A model generated the notes under the pieces. The model was given only the letters and a program-made list of their open reading frames with translations, was not told the DNA's origin and did not search any database. From contig OY782947.1 in assembly GCA_963678615.1 (NCBI GenBank), forward strand, positions 2,118,688 through 2,182,687: a DNA stretch of 64,000 nucleotides, read 5' to 3'. A program made the position numbers and the translations under genes. Shown here piece by piece: positions 48,328 to 58,185 of the stretch. Each line of letters opens with the position of its first letter. Position 1 is the first letter of the stretch. The DNA comes from an uncultured Ponticaulis sp. (GTDB lineage Bacteria > Pseudomonadota > Alphaproteobacteria > Caulobacterales > Hyphomonadaceae).

Positions 48328-49335
48328 TTAGTTTGCGCTCACAACATCAATCTCGCTGAGATATTTTGCTTTATGCTCGTCAGACAGAAACGCGCCGGTA
48401 AAGCTGTTCTTCGCCAGCGTCACAATCTCATCTGACGACAGGTTCAACGCCTCGGCAATCGCGATGTAATTGTCATTCACATAGCCGCCGAAATAGGATG
48501 GATCATCGGAATTCACCGTCACACTGACGCCAGCGCGCAGAAGGTCTGCCAACGGGTTGTCTTTCAGGTCAGGCGTGACGCAGAGGCGCTGGTTTGACAG
48601 CGGACACATGGTCAGCGTCAGCCCACGCGCCTTGATCTCTTCAATCAGCCTTACATCTTTCGCAGAGGCGTTGCCGTGGTCGATGCGGTCAATCTTCAAC
48701 AGGTCCAACGCTTCCCAGACATAGTCCGGTGGACCTTCTTCACCAGCGTGAGCCACAAGCTTCAGCCCGGCATCCCGCGCTTTTGCAAAAACGCGCTCGA
48801 ACTTAGACGGGGGATGGCCCATTTCAGAGCTATCAAGACCAATGCCGTGAAGGCGAGAAAGATGCGGTGTCGCGATTTCCCACAGCTCCAGCGCGTCTGC
48901 TTCCGGCAAATGGCGCAGAATGCACATGATCAGCTTGTACGAAATGCCGTGTTTCGCCTCGCCATCCTTCAGTGCGCGCTCAATGCCATCAAGCACGGTT
49001 TCAAACGCAATGCCGTGCTCCATATGCGCTTGCGGGTCGAAAAAGACCTCGACATGGCGCACATTATCGGCTGCGGCACGCTCAAGATAGGCAGCCGTAA
49101 GATCATAAAAATCTGCTTCCTTCAGAAGGACGCCCATGCCCTGATAGTAGAGATCCAGAAAGTCCTGCAGATTTGAAAAGTCATAGGCTGCACGGATGTC
49201 GTCTACGGAGGCATATTTCAGCGCCACGCCATTTCGCTGCGCCAGCTCAAACATCATTTCAGGCTCAAGTGAGCCTTCAAGGTGAAGATGGAGTTCTGCC
49301 TTTGGCAGCGCATGAATGAGGTCCTTGATGTCCAT
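48328..49335 (-). CDS. add: Adenosine/adenine deaminase family protein
   Basis: PKAELHLHLEGS, VAHAGEEG, RIDHG, VNSDDPSYFGG. Confidence 0.92.
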   Translation of the reverse strand: MDIKDLIHALPKAELHLHLEGSLEPEMMFELAQRNGVALKYASVDDIRAAYDFSNLQDFLDLYYQGMGVLLKEADFYDLTAAYLERAAADNVRHVEVFFDPQAHMEHGIAFETVLDGIERALKDGEAKHGISYKLIMCILRHLPEADALELWEIATPHLSRLHGIGLDSSEMGHPPSKFERVFAKARDAGLKLVAHAGEEGPPDYVWEALDLLKIDRIDHGNASAKDVRLIEEIKARGLTLTMCPLSNQRLCVTPDLKDNPLADLLRAGVSVTVNSDDPSYFGGYVNDNYIAIAEALNLSSDEIVTLAKNSFTGAFLSDEHKAKYLSEIDVVSAN

Positions 49336-49343
49336 GTCTGCCC

Positions 49344-50243
49344 TTAGCTCCCGCACGGCCCGATCCAGTCCACAATCGCATCTGTCAGTGCATTTCGGGA
49401 CCAGGAGAATGAGTGATCGCCTGACAAGGTAACATGCTTGAGGGTGATCGTGTCATTCCCGCTATACGCATCTGCGATTGACTGCACCATAACTGGGGAA
49501 ACCGAGGCGTCTTTATCCCCCGCAATCAGCAATACGGATTTGCCAGAGAGCTTCTCACTGAGAGGCGACAAGAGCAGCGCCTCCTTGCTTGTTGTCAGCT
49601 CCTTGATGGCCTTTTCGCCCGTCCATCCGTTCAGCATTTGAAGCGTATCAGAATAAAGCGCAAAGCCGCTCGCAGCCTCTTTCCCGAACTCAGGGATACG
49701 CGCCATATCAGCCGGGGCAATGCCTGCAACACATGTCACGCCATCATCATTGGCCGCGCCCTGCAGAGCTGCCAGCCCACCCATTGAGTGACCAATCAGG
49801 ATCAGCTTGTCCGGATCGACCCGATAGGCCGCCGCATTGTTCCGCAGAAAATCGAGGCCACTGGCAACATCTTCGATCACATTGCCAAAGGAGAACTCGC
49901 CCTCGCTGCCCCATGCGCCGCGATAGTGAAAGAACAATACGTTATAGCCGATACGGCGCAGAGACTGCGCCAGATCGAGGTTCTTTTCATTGCCAGGATA
50001 GCCATGCAGCAGAACAACTGTCGGGTGCGGCCCCTCGCCATTGGCAAGATAGATCAGGCCATTGAGGCGCTTGCCGTGACTGTCAAAAAACACTTCGTTG
50101 ATGGCGGGCGGCGCGGTCTCATCGAGTGTCAGCGGATCGGTGTAGTGCGGCGGCGTAGCCTGCATCACACCACCCGGAGAATGCGCGCATCCGACCAGTA
50201 AGCCAAACGCACCAGCGGCCAGCATCGTGCTTAGAACTCTCAT
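49344..50243 (-). CDS. Alpha/beta-hydrolase lipoprotein
   Basis: MRVLST...LLVGC lipobox; LHGYPG, YRGAWGSEG, GHSMGG, GDKD, DHSF. Confidence 0.88.
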   Translation of the reverse strand: MRVLSTMLAAGAFGLLVGCAHSPGGVMQATPPHYTDPLTLDETAPPAINEVFFDSHGKRLNGLIYLANGEGPHPTVVLLHGYPGNEKNLDLAQSLRRIGYNVLFFHYRGAWGSEGEFSFGNVIEDVASGLDFLRNNAAAYRVDPDKLILIGHSMGGLAALQGAANDDGVTCVAGIAPADMARIPEFGKEAASGFALYSDTLQMLNGWTGEKAIKELTTSKEALLLSPLSEKLSGKSVLLIAGDKDASVSPVMVQSIADAYSGNDTITLKHVTLSGDHSFSWSRNALTDAIVDWIGPCGS

Positions 50244-50378
50244 CCCATCCTCCCAAGTCTGCCGGTCGAGTATGACGGAAACGACCTCTATTTGAACTGT
50301 TTTCTTTGCATTTCGACAAAAAACGCCATTTAAGAGACCGCTGAACCTATCCCATCGCTGAGGAGAAAAAGACAGTAA

Positions 50379-51317
50379 ATGCCGATCCGAATTCCTGATG
50401 GACTGCCCGCTCGCGACCACCTCATTCAAGAAGGTGTGCGCGTGATGAGTGAACGCGTGGCCATACGTCAGGATATCCGGCCAATGCGCATTGGTCTTTT
50501 GAACCTCATGCCGAACAAGATCCGTACCGAGTTACAAATGGCGCGCCTGATTGGCGCAAGCCCGCTTCAGGTCGAACTGACGCTGGCTCGCGTTGGCGGG
50601 CACACGCCGAAAAACACCTCTGCCGACCATTTGTTTTCGTTTTATCATACATGGGATGAGATCAAGGATCAGAAGTTTGACGGCTTCATCATCACAGGGG
50701 CGCCAGTCGAAAAGCTCGACTTTGAGGACGTTACCTATTGGGATGAAATGAAGGCGATTTTCGACTGGACCGCCACGAATGTGCATTCCACGCTGAATGT
50801 CTGTTGGGGGGCAATGGCGGCGATCTGGCATTTCCACCGCGTGCCGAAATACGTGCTCGATCACAAAGCCTTTGGTGTGTACCGCCACCAGAACCTCAAC
50901 CCGGCCTCGCCTTATATGAACGGGTTTTCCGACGACTTCATGATCCCGGTGTCACGCTGGACCGAATGCCGCGCAGAAGATGTCGACAAGGTTGAAGGTC
51001 TGGAAGTTCTGATGGATTCAGAAGAAACTGGTCTCTGCATCGTTCACGAAAAAACGTGCAACCGGCTCTATGTGTTCAATCACATTGAGTATGATTCAAC
51101 TTCGCTGAAAGAGGAATATGTGCGCGATCTGGAAGCGGGACAGCAAATCCAGATGCCGTTCAACTATTTCCCGGATGACAATCCGCAGAAAGAGCCTCTG
51201 AACCGCTGGCGCTCACACGCGCATTTGCTGTTCGGCAACTGGATCAACAATATGTACCAGACCACGCCGTACGACATCTCCAAAATCGGCATGGAAGAGC
51301 ACGATCCGGGCTATTAA
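50379..51317 (+). CDS. metA: Homoserine O-acyltransferase, acetyl-type predicted (MetAA)
   Basis: [45 protein letters not shown]. Confidence 0.95.
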   Translation: MPIRIPDGLPARDHLIQEGVRVMSERVAIRQDIRPMRIGLLNLMPNKIRTELQMARLIGASPLQVELTLARVGGHTPKNTSADHLFSFYHTWDEIKDQKFDGFIITGAPVEKLDFEDVTYWDEMKAIFDWTATNVHSTLNVCWGAMAAIWHFHRVPKYVLDHKAFGVYRHQNLNPASPYMNGFSDDFMIPVSRWTECRAEDVDKVEGLEVLMDSEETGLCIVHEKTCNRLYVFNHIEYDSTSLKEEYVRDLEAGQQIQMPFNYFPDDNPQKEPLNRWRSHAHLLFGNWINNMYQTTPYDISKIGMEEHDPGY

Positions 51318-51784
51318 AACGCGCCCGGCGCACCCGGCATGGTCGTTTCAACCTTGTACTCCGGCGGCACGTCTTCCGGAGCGCAGGCAAACTTCATCAC
51401 CCGAAATGACAGCTGATGCAGCAGAGCGCCCTCTGGTGACATCACCAGGGCGCGCCGAATGCGCTCTTTCGCGTCCAGCACCACAAGCAAACTGTTTTCA
51501 CCAGCGGGCACGGCGACGGATGTCAGACCATTTCGGAAGATGAAATGGCCCTCTGCCAGTTGTACAATCGCAAAGTGGCGCAAGCTGATCAGCGAATAGA
51601 GCATCACAAAAATCAGCAATCCCAGCAAAGGCGGAATGAACAGGCTCGCCCGCGTCGCATCCGGGGCAGAATACACAGCAAACCCACCCTTCTCGACAAA
51701 GGTAAAGCCCAGCCATGCTAAGGTTGCCAGCATGAACAACCAGAGCGGAATAGCGCGCTTAAGGTCCCAGATGATAAGCGGCAC
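51314..51784 (-). CDS. Hypothetical membrane protein
   Basis: Two N-terminal TMs; stop codon overlaps the metA stop (ttaa, 51314-51317). Confidence 0.6.
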   Translation of the reverse strand: MPLIIWDLKRAIPLWLFMLATLAWLGFTFVEKGGFAVYSAPDATRASLFIPPLLGLLIFVMLYSLISLRHFAIVQLAEGHFIFRNGLTSVAVPAGENSLLVVLDAKERIRRALVMSPEGALLHQLSFRVMKFACAPEDVPPEYKVETTMPGAPGAF

Positions 51785-51786
51785 GT

Positions 51787-52194
51787 TTATCCCTTAACGC
51801 GTTTCCAGGTCAGCTTGGTCACATAGACAGTGCCGGACTTTGACGTTTCAGGCGCTGTAACAAGGCGGATCGTGTCCTCGTCGATCACTTGAATTGTGCG
51901 CTCAAACTGCGTCCCGACTTTTGTCGGGACCGATGAATAAAGAATGGTGTGACAGACCTGATCGCCGTCACGTTCCCATGTCCCGCCATACGAGAAGAAT
52001 TCGGTGAAGCTGTTGGCAATCGTGGTATTGTCGCCGCGCGACGCCCAGTCCGGGTCCATCAGAAACGCGGACATGCGCCCATCCGCCGTGTATTGAATCT
52101 GTCCGGCAGGCGGCTCGCCAAAGGTCGGCTTCGGCTCATCGCCGCGATAATTGATACTGGAAACCAGCGTCCACGCACCAAGCAGATTTGTCAT
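51787..52194 (-). CDS. Lipocalin-like domain protein (Lipocalin_5-like)
   Basis: LLGAWTLVS, GQIQYTADGRMSAFL, FSYGGTW, LTWKRV. Confidence 0.85.
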   Translation of the reverse strand: MTNLLGAWTLVSSINYRGDEPKPTFGEPPAGQIQYTADGRMSAFLMDPDWASRGDNTTIANSFTEFFSYGGTWERDGDQVCHTILYSSVPTKVGTQFERTIQVIDEDTIRLVTAPETSKSGTVYVTKLTWKRVKG

Positions 52195-52204
52195 ATCTCT
52201 CTCC

Positions 52205-52231
52205 CGTTTCAGATCTGAGTAATCTGAAACG
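52205..52231 (-). terminator. 10-bp hairpin between yqeY stop and lipocalin SD
   Basis: cgtttcagat-N7-atctgaaacg; no U-tract. Confidence 0.45.
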
Positions 52232-52275
52232 CAGAGCGACTAAAGCCCCTTACCCTGGATAGAGACAGGATTTGA

Positions 52276-52764
52276 TTAGCTGCAAAGAGCTTTCTTGACG
52301 AGCTTGCCCGCTTTTTTCGCGTCAATGTCTTCAGAATAGCGAGACTTCAGCTCGTTCATGCAACGGCCAAGGTCTTTCAGGCTGACCGCATTGAGGTCGC
52401 CAATCACGCTTTCCACGGCGGCGCTGAGCGTTTTGTCATCCATTGGCGGCGGCAGATAGCGCTGAATCACGTCGATTTCTTCGCGCTCATTATCCGCCAT
52501 GTCGATGCGGCCTGCGTCTTCATATTTGGACGCAGATTCTTCGCGCTGACGAACCATCAGTTGAAGGACGGTCTTGATGACTTTGTCGTCACAGCCAGAA
52601 CACGAATCGTTCGCACGGGCTTCGACGTCGCGGTCATGCACAGCGCACATAACCAGTCGAAGTGTGGCAGCTTCTACGCCGCAGGAATTCTCCGATTCGG
52701 CGCGCGCCAGATCAGCTTCCAACTGGTCGCGAAGTTTGAGATGCATTTTTTCGGTATCAGTCAT
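52276..52764 (-). CDS. GatB/YqeY domain protein, Cys-rich variant
   Basis: TLRL..AV.DRD, MVRQREES...YE.AGR.D.A..E..EI.VI..YLP; divergent from carA. Start at ATG 52764. Confidence 0.88.
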   Translation of the reverse strand: MTDTEKMHLKLRDQLEADLARAESENSCGVEAATLRLVMCAVHDRDVEARANDSCSGCDDKVIKTVLQLMVRQREESASKYEDAGRIDMADNEREEIDVIQRYLPPPMDDKTLSAAVESVIGDLNAVSLKDLGRCMNELKSRYSEDIDAKKAGKLVKKALCS

Positions 52765-52920
52765 ATAGAGAAACTTGTGCCTATTCAGCTCGTTCCGATG
52801 TGCACGCGTTACAATCTTCTTTTCTTGCGCTTGACGCGAGCGCCTCTCAGCATTAGGCGTCGCGCGTTTGCCTGACGGCCAAATACGCAGCCGCCCATTT
52901 AAAAACAAGGAACCCTCTCT

Positions 52921-54114
52921 ATGCCTTTCCTCACCGATGATCAAGTCAGGATTGAAGCCTCCGGTGCCCTCGTACTTGCAAGCGGTGAAGTGTTTTTCGG
53001 TCGAGGGTGCGGCGCAGTCGGCTCTTCCCCGGCAGAAGTCTGCTTCAACACAGCCGTAACAGGGTATCAGGAAATCCTGACTGATCCATCCTATGCAGAT
53101 CAGATTGTTGTGTTCACCTTCCCGCACATTGGTAATGTCGGCGCAAATGGTGACGACAATGAGGAATCTTCCCCACAAGCAGCCAGCGCAGCGCGCGGCG
53201 CGATCATCCGCGCACCGATCACACCGCCATCAAACTGGCGTGCCGTTGACCATTTCGATGCCTGGCTTGTCCGTAAAGGCATTGTCGGCCTGTCTGGCGT
53301 TGATACACGCGCCATCACGCGTCGCATTCGTGAAGGCGGCATGGTGAACGGCGTTATCGTCCACGCACCTGTCGAAACGCTGTCGATCGCAGACATCCGC
53401 AAAGAACTGGAAAATTTCGCTGGCATTGAAGGCGCAGACCTCGCCGCGAAAGTCGGTCCGCTGTCGCGCTATGCCAACACAGAGCGTAACTGGCGTCTGG
53501 CGGAAGGCTTCACACAGATCGAAGACGCAAAGTACCATGTCGTTGTCTTGGATTTCGGCGTGAAGAAAAACATTCTGCGCAATCTGTCAGAAGTCGGTGC
53601 GCGCTGCACGGTCGTTCCTGGCAACACCAAGGCGGAAGATATTCTGGCGCTCAATCCAGACGGCATTGTTCTGTCAAACGGCCCGGGCGACCCATCGGCA
53701 ACAGGCGTTTATGCAGGTCCGGAAATCAAGAAACTGATCGATTCTGGTAAGCCAATTCTCGGCATCTGCCTTGGCCACCAGATGCTGGCTCTGGCGCTGG
53801 GCGCGAAGACCGTCAAAATGCCTCAAGGCCACCATGGCGCAAACCACCCGGTGAAAGACATGGAAACCGGCAAGGTGGAAATCGTTTCCATGAACCATGG
53901 TTTCACAGTCGACCCGACATCCCTGCCTGCTGGCGTAGAGCAGTCTCACGTTTCGCTGTTTGATGGCACAAACTCTGGCCTGAAAGTGGTTGGAAAGCCG
54001 ATCATTTCTGTTCAACACCACCCCGAAGCGTCGCCGGGGCCTCAGGATAGCTTCTATCTGTTCAGCCGCTTTGCAGGCCTTATGGACCGCTATCTGGCGA
54101 CTGAAACAGTTTAG
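52921..54114 (+). CDS. carA: Carbamoyl-phosphate synthase small subunit
   Basis: [45 protein letters not shown]. Confidence 0.98.
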   Translation: MPFLTDDQVRIEASGALVLASGEVFFGRGCGAVGSSPAEVCFNTAVTGYQEILTDPSYADQIVVFTFPHIGNVGANGDDNEESSPQAASAARGAIIRAPITPPSNWRAVDHFDAWLVRKGIVGLSGVDTRAITRRIREGGMVNGVIVHAPVETLSIADIRKELENFAGIEGADLAAKVGPLSRYANTERNWRLAEGFTQIEDAKYHVVVLDFGVKKNILRNLSEVGARCTVVPGNTKAEDILALNPDGIVLSNGPGDPSATGVYAGPEIKKLIDSGKPILGICLGHQMLALALGAKTVKMPQGHHGANHPVKDMETGKVEIVSMNHGFTVDPTSLPAGVEQSHVSLFDGTNSGLKVVGKPIISVQHHPEASPGPQDSFYLFSRFAGLMDRYLATETV

Positions 54115-54126
54115 TATTTCGATTTT

Positions 54127-54161
54127 AAAGGGGCCCTCGATTGTCATCCAGGGCCCTTTTT
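54127..54161. terminator. Bidirectional terminator between carA and rsmE
   Basis: aaaggggccct-N12-agggcccttttt. Confidence 0.75.
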
Positions 54162-54165
54162 GAAC

Positions 54166-54963
54166 TCAGTCGTCTTTCACGCCTGTACTTTCATAAGCGC
54201 GCCAGTCCCCGCACATCGCCTGATAGAGCGTCAGCGCCGCAATCGCAGCCGTTTCAGCGCGCAGGATTCGCGGCCCGAGGGACACAGGGACAACATTTTC
54301 CAGCTTACGCAGCATATCGCGTTCCTTTCGCGAGAAACCGCCTTCAGGGCCGATCAGAACCGCCGCGCTGCCCGCTGGCGCTTTACGCAACACCTCAGCC
54401 ATTGGCTGTGCGCGATTTTCATCGCCGCCCCAGACCGCGTTCTCATCATCGCCGCGCTCATCACAGAAATAGATGCGACGCTGTTGAGACAGTTCATGCA
54501 GCGCCGTGATCAAAGGCTTTGCTTCAAGTACGCGCGGTGTGTTGAGCCGTTCAGTTTGCTCAGCCGCTTCCAGCGCAATACGGTTCAGCCGGTCAGTACG
54601 AACACGCTCTGCATTGGTAAATTCAGTGACAACAGGTTGCATCACTTCAACGCCAAGCTCAGTTGCCTTTTCAACGACAAAATCGGTGCGCGTTTTTTTC
54701 AAAGGGGCAAACAACAGATAAAGGTCTGTCAGTTTTCCCTGTGTACGCAGGCGCTCATCCACACGCAGAAGCCCGGAAGACTTGCCGAGAATTTCCTGGA
54801 CGCTGGCGCGCCATTCCCCGTCTCGTCCGTTGAAGACCCGAACCGGGTCCCCAATCTGAAGGCGCATCACCTTGAACAGATATTTGGACTGCGCATCATC
54901 GAGAGCGACCGGGCCGCCCTCAGTTAAATCGGTCGGAACGAATAGTCGTGGGATATTACTCAT
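54166..54963 (-). CDS. rsmE: 16S rRNA m3U1498 methyltransferase
   Basis: VMRL..GD.V.VFNG.DGEW, EKATELGV, IGPEGGFS, LGPRILRAETAA. Confidence 0.96.
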   Translation of the reverse strand: MSNIPRLFVPTDLTEGGPVALDDAQSKYLFKVMRLQIGDPVRVFNGRDGEWRASVQEILGKSSGLLRVDERLRTQGKLTDLYLLFAPLKKTRTDFVVEKATELGVEVMQPVVTEFTNAERVRTDRLNRIALEAAEQTERLNTPRVLEAKPLITALHELSQQRRIYFCDERGDDENAVWGGDENRAQPMAEVLRKAPAGSAAVLIGPEGGFSRKERDMLRKLENVVPVSLGPRILRAETAAIAALTLYQAMCGDWRAYESTGVKDD

Positions 54964-55071
54964 AACTCTGTGATGTCATCCCTCTTTCGGCAGGGCAAGA
55001 AAAACCAATATAAAGACATTCTCGAATCCATGCGATAAGTCATGCATTCAGTCGACGGCAAAGGACACAAA

Positions 55072-55998
55072 ATGATTGATGCCACACGACCGGGTGATTC
55101 CCGTGACAGCTGGGTAGACCGGCTGCCTGGCGGCCTGCAACCCTTTGCACGGCTGTCCCGGTTTGACCGACCGATTGGGTTCTGGCTGCTCGCCATTCCC
55201 TGCTGGATGGGGATTACGTTCGGCGCGATGACCGCCGAATGGCACCAGGAAAATCTGTTATATCTGTTCCTGTTCGGAATTGGTGCCGTCGCCATGCGCG
55301 GCGCGGGCTGTACCTATAATGACATTGTCGACAAGGACCTTGATGAACAGGTCGACCGGACAGCCGGACGACCGCTGCCATCTGGTCAGATCACAACGAC
55401 CTCAGCCTGGCTGTGGCTGGCGCTGCAAATTGCGGTCGGCTTCATGGTGTGGCTGTGCTTGCCGCTCGGCGCAAAGATCACCGCACTTTTATCTATTCCG
55501 CTGGTTGCCGCCTACCCATTCATGAAACGCATCACATGGTGGCCTCAGGCCTGGCTTGGCTTGACCTTTAACTGGGGCTTTCCGGTTGGATATGTGGCCG
55601 CGGGCGGCGATTCAATTTTCTGGCCCATCCTGTATTATTTCGGACTGTTCTGCTGGACGATCGGCTATGATACGATTTACGCGCGTCAGGACGTTGAGGA
55701 CGACGCACTGGTCGGCATCAAATCTACTGCCCGGCTGTTTGGTGACAGCACTCTGCCCGCTGTGACCGCGCTTTATGCGGCCTCTGGTTTGCTCGTCGGA
55801 CTTGCCCTGACCAATGGCGGGCCACGCATTCCCGGCATTATCGTGACGCTGGCCTTTCTCGCGCATCTGATGTGGCAGCTCTGGCAATATAAAGCACAAG
55901 GCGATAAAGCGTCACTATACGTGTTTAAGTCCAACCGGCAGGCAGGCCTGTTGGTGGTGTTCGGGCAATTGGTAATTCTCGCTCTTTCGGCGTTCTAA
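55072..55998 (+). CDS. ubiA: 4-hydroxybenzoate polyprenyltransferase
   Basis: RLSRFDRPIG, MRGAGCTYNDIVDKDLDEQVDRTAGRPLPSG, YPFMKR, YDTIYARQD. Confidence 0.96.
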   Translation: MIDATRPGDSRDSWVDRLPGGLQPFARLSRFDRPIGFWLLAIPCWMGITFGAMTAEWHQENLLYLFLFGIGAVAMRGAGCTYNDIVDKDLDEQVDRTAGRPLPSGQITTTSAWLWLALQIAVGFMVWLCLPLGAKITALLSIPLVAAYPFMKRITWWPQAWLGLTFNWGFPVGYVAAGGDSIFWPILYYFGLFCWTIGYDTIYARQDVEDDALVGIKSTARLFGDSTLPAVTALYAASGLLVGLALTNGGPRIPGIIVTLAFLAHLMWQLWQYKAQGDKASLYVFKSNRQAGLLVVFGQLVILALSAF

Positions 55999-56026
55999 CG
56001 AGAGAGGGTGAACGAGGTGAAGTTTC

Positions 56027-56884
56027 GTGAGCGGGGCCAAGGACAAACCTTCAGATAAGGCAAATGATCCAGCGGAGAACCGCCCGAAACTGTTCTGGGC
56101 AGACCCGCTGTTCAGTCTGGTGTTTGGCCTGTTGTTTGGTGTGCTGGTCTTTGTCGCCGGGCGTTTTGCGTTCGCGGCCTACCAACCCGCGCACCAGCTT
56201 TCGCTCGCTGAACCGGCAAATGGCAATTCCTCTCCGCGCCTTTTGCTCGAAGCCGAAACTGATCAGTTTATCTACCGCGCGTCCGGAATTGATCTTCAGC
56301 CCGGATCCGACATTCTTGCCTCGATTATGAGCCAGTTGCCTGCTGAAATCACAGCCCTCCAAGCTGGCTTTGCGAACGCATCGAGCGCGCCAAACCTGAT
56401 AGATGTCACCTATCAGCGGCTCGCCTCATCAGGACCGGTGCACAGTCTGGTGCGTATAGAGCGCCTGGTGTTTGACGAAGGCCACAGCGAACTCAGCTAT
56501 GCGACCAGCCTGTTCAACTCGCTTGCCCCGACAGAAAACGACATTCGGCCAATGTTTCGGACGTATCCGGGCATGGCTACAAGCCTGACCAAGCGCCTCT
56601 GCCGTGAAATCCAGAAACAAAAAGCCATTCGAATTGGGAAAAGTGCGGTTTTCGAGTGCGAGGGCTATAAAGCCATCGACTTTTTCGAGGGGGCGCCGCA
56701 CGCCTTTGTCCGATCAGATCAGCCAAACCAGTTTGGCGGGCTGCGATATTACTTCAGCGCCGAATCAATCGGCGACGCGTCTGAAGGCATGTATATCGTT
56801 ACTGTGCCGCAGTCCGAATTTCGAAGTGAATTGAAAGAGGGCTACCAATCCCTGTTCGGCGGGTCGCCAGCCGCCGCGAAGTGA
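56027..56884 (+). CDS. Membrane-anchored periplasmic protein, DUF3298/RsiV-like C-terminus
   Basis: N-terminal TM; GLRYYFS..SIG..SEGMY.V.VP pattern; Cys pair LC...C. GTG start. Confidence 0.55.
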   Translation: MSGAKDKPSDKANDPAENRPKLFWADPLFSLVFGLLFGVLVFVAGRFAFAAYQPAHQLSLAEPANGNSSPRLLLEAETDQFIYRASGIDLQPGSDILASIMSQLPAEITALQAGFANASSAPNLIDVTYQRLASSGPVHSLVRIERLVFDEGHSELSYATSLFNSLAPTENDIRPMFRTYPGMATSLTKRLCREIQKQKAIRIGKSAVFECEGYKAIDFFEGAPHAFVRSDQPNQFGGLRYYFSAESIGDASEGMYIVTVPQSEFRSELKEGYQSLFGGSPAAAK

Positions 56885-56890
56885 GGCTGG

Positions 56891-57406
56891 CTACTCAACA
56901 GCGCATTCCTGCGACCAGACGCCAGCATCAGTTTGACACGCCGCGCCGATAAAGGGCTGTATGGCTTGTCCCAGCCAGTCAGAACGAGTTTGCAATTCCT
57001 CTAAAGAAGGCAAATCAGCCTCAAATACGAACGCCCATTCAGGAATTTCGAGTGCAGCAGATGTCGTTCTATCGACAAGTCCTGCCTGAAAGGCTTCGTT
57101 CCGCAATAGCATCAGATTGTGTACGCCATTCAAAAGCGCCCTGTGAATACGCAAACGCCCATCTTCATCCGAAAGGGAATAGGCCCTTGTGACAGGCTCC
57201 CGTCCGCGGGCATTGTCGATCATCACATCCCAGCGCTCTGCTTCAATGGCAAGGTAGAACGGATCAATCGGATCTGATTTGACGTCGGCATCTGCGCCCG
57301 GCTTCGGCTTGCTGGTATCAGCAACAGCCTTCGGTTCGACAGTCTCTGCCGTACAACCAACAACTCCACCCAACGCCGCGATGAGAATGAGCCACTTCTG
57401 GGGCAT
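56891..57406 (-). CDS. Hypothetical lipoprotein
   Basis: SD ggagga; MPQKWLILIAALGGVVGC lipobox. The long upstream extension in the ORF track overlaps the DsbA gene and is spurious. Confidence 0.75.
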   Translation of the reverse strand: MPQKWLILIAALGGVVGCTAETVEPKAVADTSKPKPGADADVKSDPIDPFYLAIEAERWDVMIDNARGREPVTRAYSLSDEDGRLRIHRALLNGVHNLMLLRNEAFQAGLVDRTTSAALEIPEWAFVFEADLPSLEELQTRSDWLGQAIQPFIGAACQTDAGVWSQECAVE

Positions 57407-57490
57407 CTGCTTCCTCCTGCAACGTTGAAAAACACGATCCTCAAGGATTCTTGACCTGACATTCTCAGAGAAAGAGGGCAGACTTATGGC

Positions 57491-58180
57491 ATGACTGTGT
57501 TGATCGAAATGGTTTCCGACCTTGTCTGCCCGTGGTGCTGGCTGGGTCTTCGTCGTCTTCATTCTGCTGTCGAAGAAGTTCGAGGCGAGATCGAAGTTGA
57601 AGTGGTGTATCGACCGTATCAGCTGGATCCGACAATCCCTGAGGCTGGAATCCCGTACAAGGAATACATGTCGCAAAAGTTTGGCGGCGTCGGTGAAACC
57701 GAGAAAAGCGAAAGCAAGGACCGCTTCTCCCAAATGCGCGCCGCGCTGGAAGAATATGGTCAGGCGGAAGGCATTCCGTTCAGGTTTTCCGGCATAGAGA
57801 TGCGCCCGAACACCATAAATGCGCACCGCGTCGTTCGCTGGGCTCAGGGCCAGGGAAAAGGCTGGGCCGCAAAGGAAATGCTGTTCAACGCCTATTTCAA
57901 TGAGCACCACGACATTGGCGATAAAGAGGTACTGGCAGACATTGCCTCTGCTGCCGGGCTCGACCGCGCCCTCGTCGCCGACCTTCTGAAGGGTCAGGCC
58001 GATATGGAAACCACGCTTCAGGAAGAAGTCTATTACCGCCAGCTCGGAATTTCAGGCGTGCCGACCTATATCGCAAACCGCAAAGTCGCCGCGCAGGGCG
58101 CAGAAGATGTTCACAAGCTGGTTCGGTTCATTCGCACTGCAGCAAAGGAATATCCGCTGGAACTCGAAGCAAACAACTAA
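57491..58180 (+). CDS. DsbA family oxidoreductase (FrnE-like)
   Basis: SDLVCPWCWLG, RPYQLDP, PNT..AHR, ISGVP. Confidence 0.92.
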   Translation: MTVLIEMVSDLVCPWCWLGLRRLHSAVEEVRGEIEVEVVYRPYQLDPTIPEAGIPYKEYMSQKFGGVGETEKSESKDRFSQMRAALEEYGQAEGIPFRFSGIEMRPNTINAHRVVRWAQGQGKGWAAKEMLFNAYFNEHHDIGDKEVLADIASAAGLDRALVADLLKGQADMETTLQEEVYYRQLGISGVPTYIANRKVAAQGAEDVHKLVRFIRTAAKEYPLELEANN

Positions 58181-58185
58181 GCGCG

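Noticed and set aside
50244-50378. SAM riboswitch upstream of metA
   Set aside because: No SAM-II (GAUUU...GCUAAA) or SAM-SAH consensus visible.
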